From NCBI RefSeq assembly GCF_016433145.1, contig NC_058135.1, positions 284,432,405 through 284,496,404 on the forward strand: a DNA stretch of 64,000 nucleotides, read 5' to 3'. A model generated the notes under the pieces. That model saw only the letters and a program-made list of their open reading frames with translations. It did no database searches and was not told the DNA's origin. This stretch comes from Gracilinanus agilis. Taxonomy: Eukaryota. Numbering within the stretch: the first letter of the stretch is position 1; every line of letters starts with the position of its first letter. Below are positions 61,053 to 64,000 of the stretch, piece after piece. Position numbers and translations under genes: made by a program.

Positions 61053-61280
61053 CGGGGGCAGCAAGGTGGCTCAGTGGATGTATAGCCGGGCCTAGAGATG
61101 GGAGGTCCCAGGCTCAAATCTGGCCTTAGACACTTCCTGGCTGTGTGTCCCTGGGCAAGTCACTTAACCCCAATTGCTTAGTCCTTATTGATCTTCTGCA
61201 TTAAAACCAATCCACAGTATTGATTCTAAGATGGAAAATAAAGGTTATGTTAAAAAACAAACAAACAAACAAAAAAACCT
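61053..61280 (+). mobile_element. SINE1-family SINE
   Basis: GGGGCAGCAAGGTGGCTCAGTGG head; (AAAC)n tail. Confidence 0.9.
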
Positions 61281-61648
61281 CTGTCACCAGTCTGAGAGTT
61301 CCAACACACTCTGCCCAGGTCAGACCTTCCCTGCAATTCTTCAGTTCAGTTTAAGAGACCACATTTTGGGAAGGCCAGAGGATATTCTGGATCTGGAAGG
61401 ATATAGCCAGAGTGGGGAAACCAGGAAGGGGAAGAATCTGAAGATTATGTCACAGGAGAAGCAGGTAAAGGAACCAAGAATGGTCACAGATGAGCAGTTC
61501 AAGTATCTGAGGAGCTTTCATGTGGAAGAGGGCCTGGATTTGTCTTTTGTGGTCCCAAAGGTCAAAAGAAGGGGCCATGGGTAGAAGTCAGAGAGGCAGG
61601 GCTAGGATTCATATTTTAAAAAAATCTTCCTTAACAATTCTAGTTCCT

Positions 61649-61847
61649 GGGGCAGCTGGGTAGCTCAGTGGATTGAGAGCCAGGCCTAGAGACGGGAGGT
61701 CCTAGGTTCAAATCTGGCCTCAGACACTTCCCAGCTGTGTGACCCTGGGCAAGTCACTTGACCCCCATTGCCCACCCTTACCACTCTTCCACCAAGGAAC
61801 CAATACACAGAAGTAAAGGGTTAAAAATAATAATAATTTAAAAAAAC
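61649..61847 (+). mobile_element. Young SINE1 with 13-bp TSD
   Basis: TSD CAATTCTAGTTCC at 61635-61647 and 61848-61860. Confidence 0.93.
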
Positions 61848-61999
61848 CAATTCTAGTTCCCCAGAGAAGAGGAGGTTGTCTGTCTCAGGAAGCTGAGGGT
61901 TCCACCCTGCTAGAGGTCTTAGAGCAAAGGCAGGTGGCATACAACATGAGATTCTCATCCTAACACTGACTAAACTAGCCAATCTCTGCCATCTTGACA

Positions 62000-62620
62000 G
62001 TCATAAAGTATCTGGTAAGGGCCCAGACATGGTAGGCTGCTGCACTAAGCACTAGGGACACAATAACAAACAAAAGACACCTCCTGCCCTCCAGGAGCTT
62101 CCAATCTAACGGAGGAGACAAGCCGAGGTATATGTACAAACAAGCTATACAGAGGATAAAGAGGAGATAATGAAGAATGGAAAGGCTTCCTGTAGAATAT
62201 GACACTTTAGCTGGGGCCCGAATCTAAGCAGGGTCTCAAGCCTTTCAGGCATGGCAGGGACAGCCAGAGAAAATCCCCAGAGCTGTGTGAGTGTCTTGTT
62301 CAAGGAGGAGGAAGCCAGTCACTGCATCACAGAATACGTGACAAGGAGTAAGGTGGTAAGCTTGGAAAGGTGGCGGAGGATGAGGTCAGGGAGAGCTTTG
62401 AATGCCAACAGCACTTTTGTATTTGATCCTAGAGACAAGAGAGAACCCCCCTCCCTGAGTGTACTGAGTAACAAGCGACACAGTGGGACCCACACTTTAG
62501 AAGAATCACTTTGGTGGCCTAACAGAGAATGGGCAGGAGTGGGGAGAAATTTGAGGCAGCGACTGCCAATACTCCAGGTAGGAGGTGATGAGGGTCAGCA
62601 CCAGGGTGGGGGCAGTGTCA
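62000..62620 (-). mobile_element. L2 fragment
   Basis: CACTAAGCACTAGGGA.ACA..CCTGCCCTC.AGGAGCTT.CAATCTAA..ATTTGATCCTAGAG.CAA. Confidence 0.75.
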
Positions 62621-63399
62621 CAGGGCAGATGTGGCACATGTGACATCAACAGGCCTGGCCAACTGTTTGCATATGGGGATGGGAGAGGTGCAGAGTGACT
62701 ACTAGGTTGAGAGCCTGAGGGGCTGTGAGGAGGGTGAGAGGGATGGTGGGGTGGGAGTGGGGGGTTCTGGCTGCAATTCTGCCACTCTGACAGCAGGTGG
62801 CAGAGCTCTACTGGACACAAAGACATTCACTTCGGTGAAAGCAGGAACTAAAAGTTGGGTCAAATGGAAAGAAATGTGTCCCTCGAAACCCAGAGACTCG
62901 GTAGCCTGTTCTAATTTTGTGAAGCATTTAATACTGATATCCTGGCGAGAATCTAGCTCCTCACACAACCGTTACATTACTTCCACAAGCTGTGCTGGGA
63001 AGGAAAGAAACGGGAAGTCGACATTTCTGGAAATGTTGCTCAATCAGCTGACCCCAAGACACATCTTGAAATGGGGCTCTAACTGCCAAAGCAATTCCCT
63101 TGAGAATAGTAGCTGGATGGCGATCCTGGGTTCAAATATGACCTCTCACACTTGCTAGCTGGATGACCCTGGGCAAGTCACTTAATCCCCATGGCCTAGT
63201 CAGAAGTGGGGAGAAGGGAAAGTGGGGAGGAGGGTGGAAAGAAGCTGAGGAGGCACCTTCGTGGGTACATCCAAGTCAGTCAATCCACCTTTATTCGCCT
63301 ACTGTGTGCCAGGCACTTTTGCAAGGCGCTGGGGACACAATTCCCTGCCCTCCAGGAGCTCGGCCAAAGGGGTTCGAAGTGGACTCCCGTGTTCATTTG

Positions 63400-64000
63400 C
63401 GAGTACCATCCCGTGGCGAGGTCTAAAGATCAGGAGGCGAGGGGCTCCCAGACTCGTTTTGGTGTGGGGTGGGGAGAAGTCTTCCATAGCCTCCCTCCGT
63501 CTGGCCAACCGTAAAATTTGCTCCCGGACATCTAAGGCCCCTCCTGGTCCCAACTCCTGGGTTCCCAGAAGGGAATTCGCCCACTGTTACTGACCCCCTG
63601 CCCAACCCACCACCTCGTCGTACAAGACCGCGACTCGCCCCAGGGGCTTCTGGGAGATAGAGTCCCACAAACTAACACTTACCTGAGACCGCCTCCAAAG
63701 AACTGGCGGAATGCCCCGCCTCTCTCTTTTATAGTACAACAGAACTTCCGGCTTCTCCTGGAGTACCCTGGGTGATGTAGTCCTGCAGGCTTCCACCAAA
63801 CGGCTTCTCACCATCGGTTCGGAGAACTTCGGCCTCGCCCGAAGCAGCTTGGGAAATGGAGTCCTACACCTCCCCTAGAGCTCGTTTTCAACGCCCCAAC
63901 TGAGACTGGGTCCCACCCACCTCCTCCATTTGCTCTCATTCTTTCTTAGTCCCAGTACAGGGGAGGGAACTAGAAAGAGAGCGGAAATGCGTCGTAGGCC
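63400..64000. promoter_or_regulatory. CpG-rich promoter of CYB561A3, probably bidirectional with TMEM138 (synteny)
   Basis: Minus-strand donor CAG|GTAAGT at 63683/63682, ETS site ACTTCCGG at 63744-63751, and three ZNF143-like motifs. Confidence 0.75.

Larger units (their letters stand above)
60900..61940 (+). mobile_element. CR1/L3 LINE relic interrupted by SINEs
   Basis: GTTTACCTCAATTTCAGTAAAGCA (YL.FSKA-like RT motif) and CR1 3' motifs TCAAGTATCTGA..TCATGTGGAAGAGGG. Confidence 0.65.

Overview
This is eukaryotic, GC-rich marsupial genomic DNA. The young SINEs resemble the Monodelphis SINE1 family, so it is probably an opossum or close didelphid (inference). It is syntenic with the human VWCE-DDB1-TKFC-CYB561A3-TMEM138 block. 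Three genes were reconstructed exon by exon. DDB1 (minus) has 27 coding exons, a 3423-nt CDS (1140 aa) and a U12-type AT-AC intron 25. TKFC (plus) has its ATG on a separate exon and a 1737-nt CDS (578 aa); one exon appears twice across a single-N junction, probably an assembly artefact. CYB561A3 (minus) has 5 coding exons and 242 aa. There are two head-to-head CpG-island promoters: DDB1/TKFC, and CYB561A3 plus its probable partner at the right edge. A CpG island at the left edge is probably the VWCE promoter, by synteny only. The rest is SINE1/MIR/MAR1, L1, L2, CR1, RTE, hAT and LTR-like repeats. The least explained features are a degenerate CRE-bearing tandem array in DDB1 intron 1, a 73-bp segment shared between the U12 intron and the DDB1 downstream region, a putative solo LTR with a poly(A)-occluding hairpin, and three in-frame stop-free TKFC introns. 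I found no convincing wholly new gene system. All identifications are from memory of the families; no database search was run.
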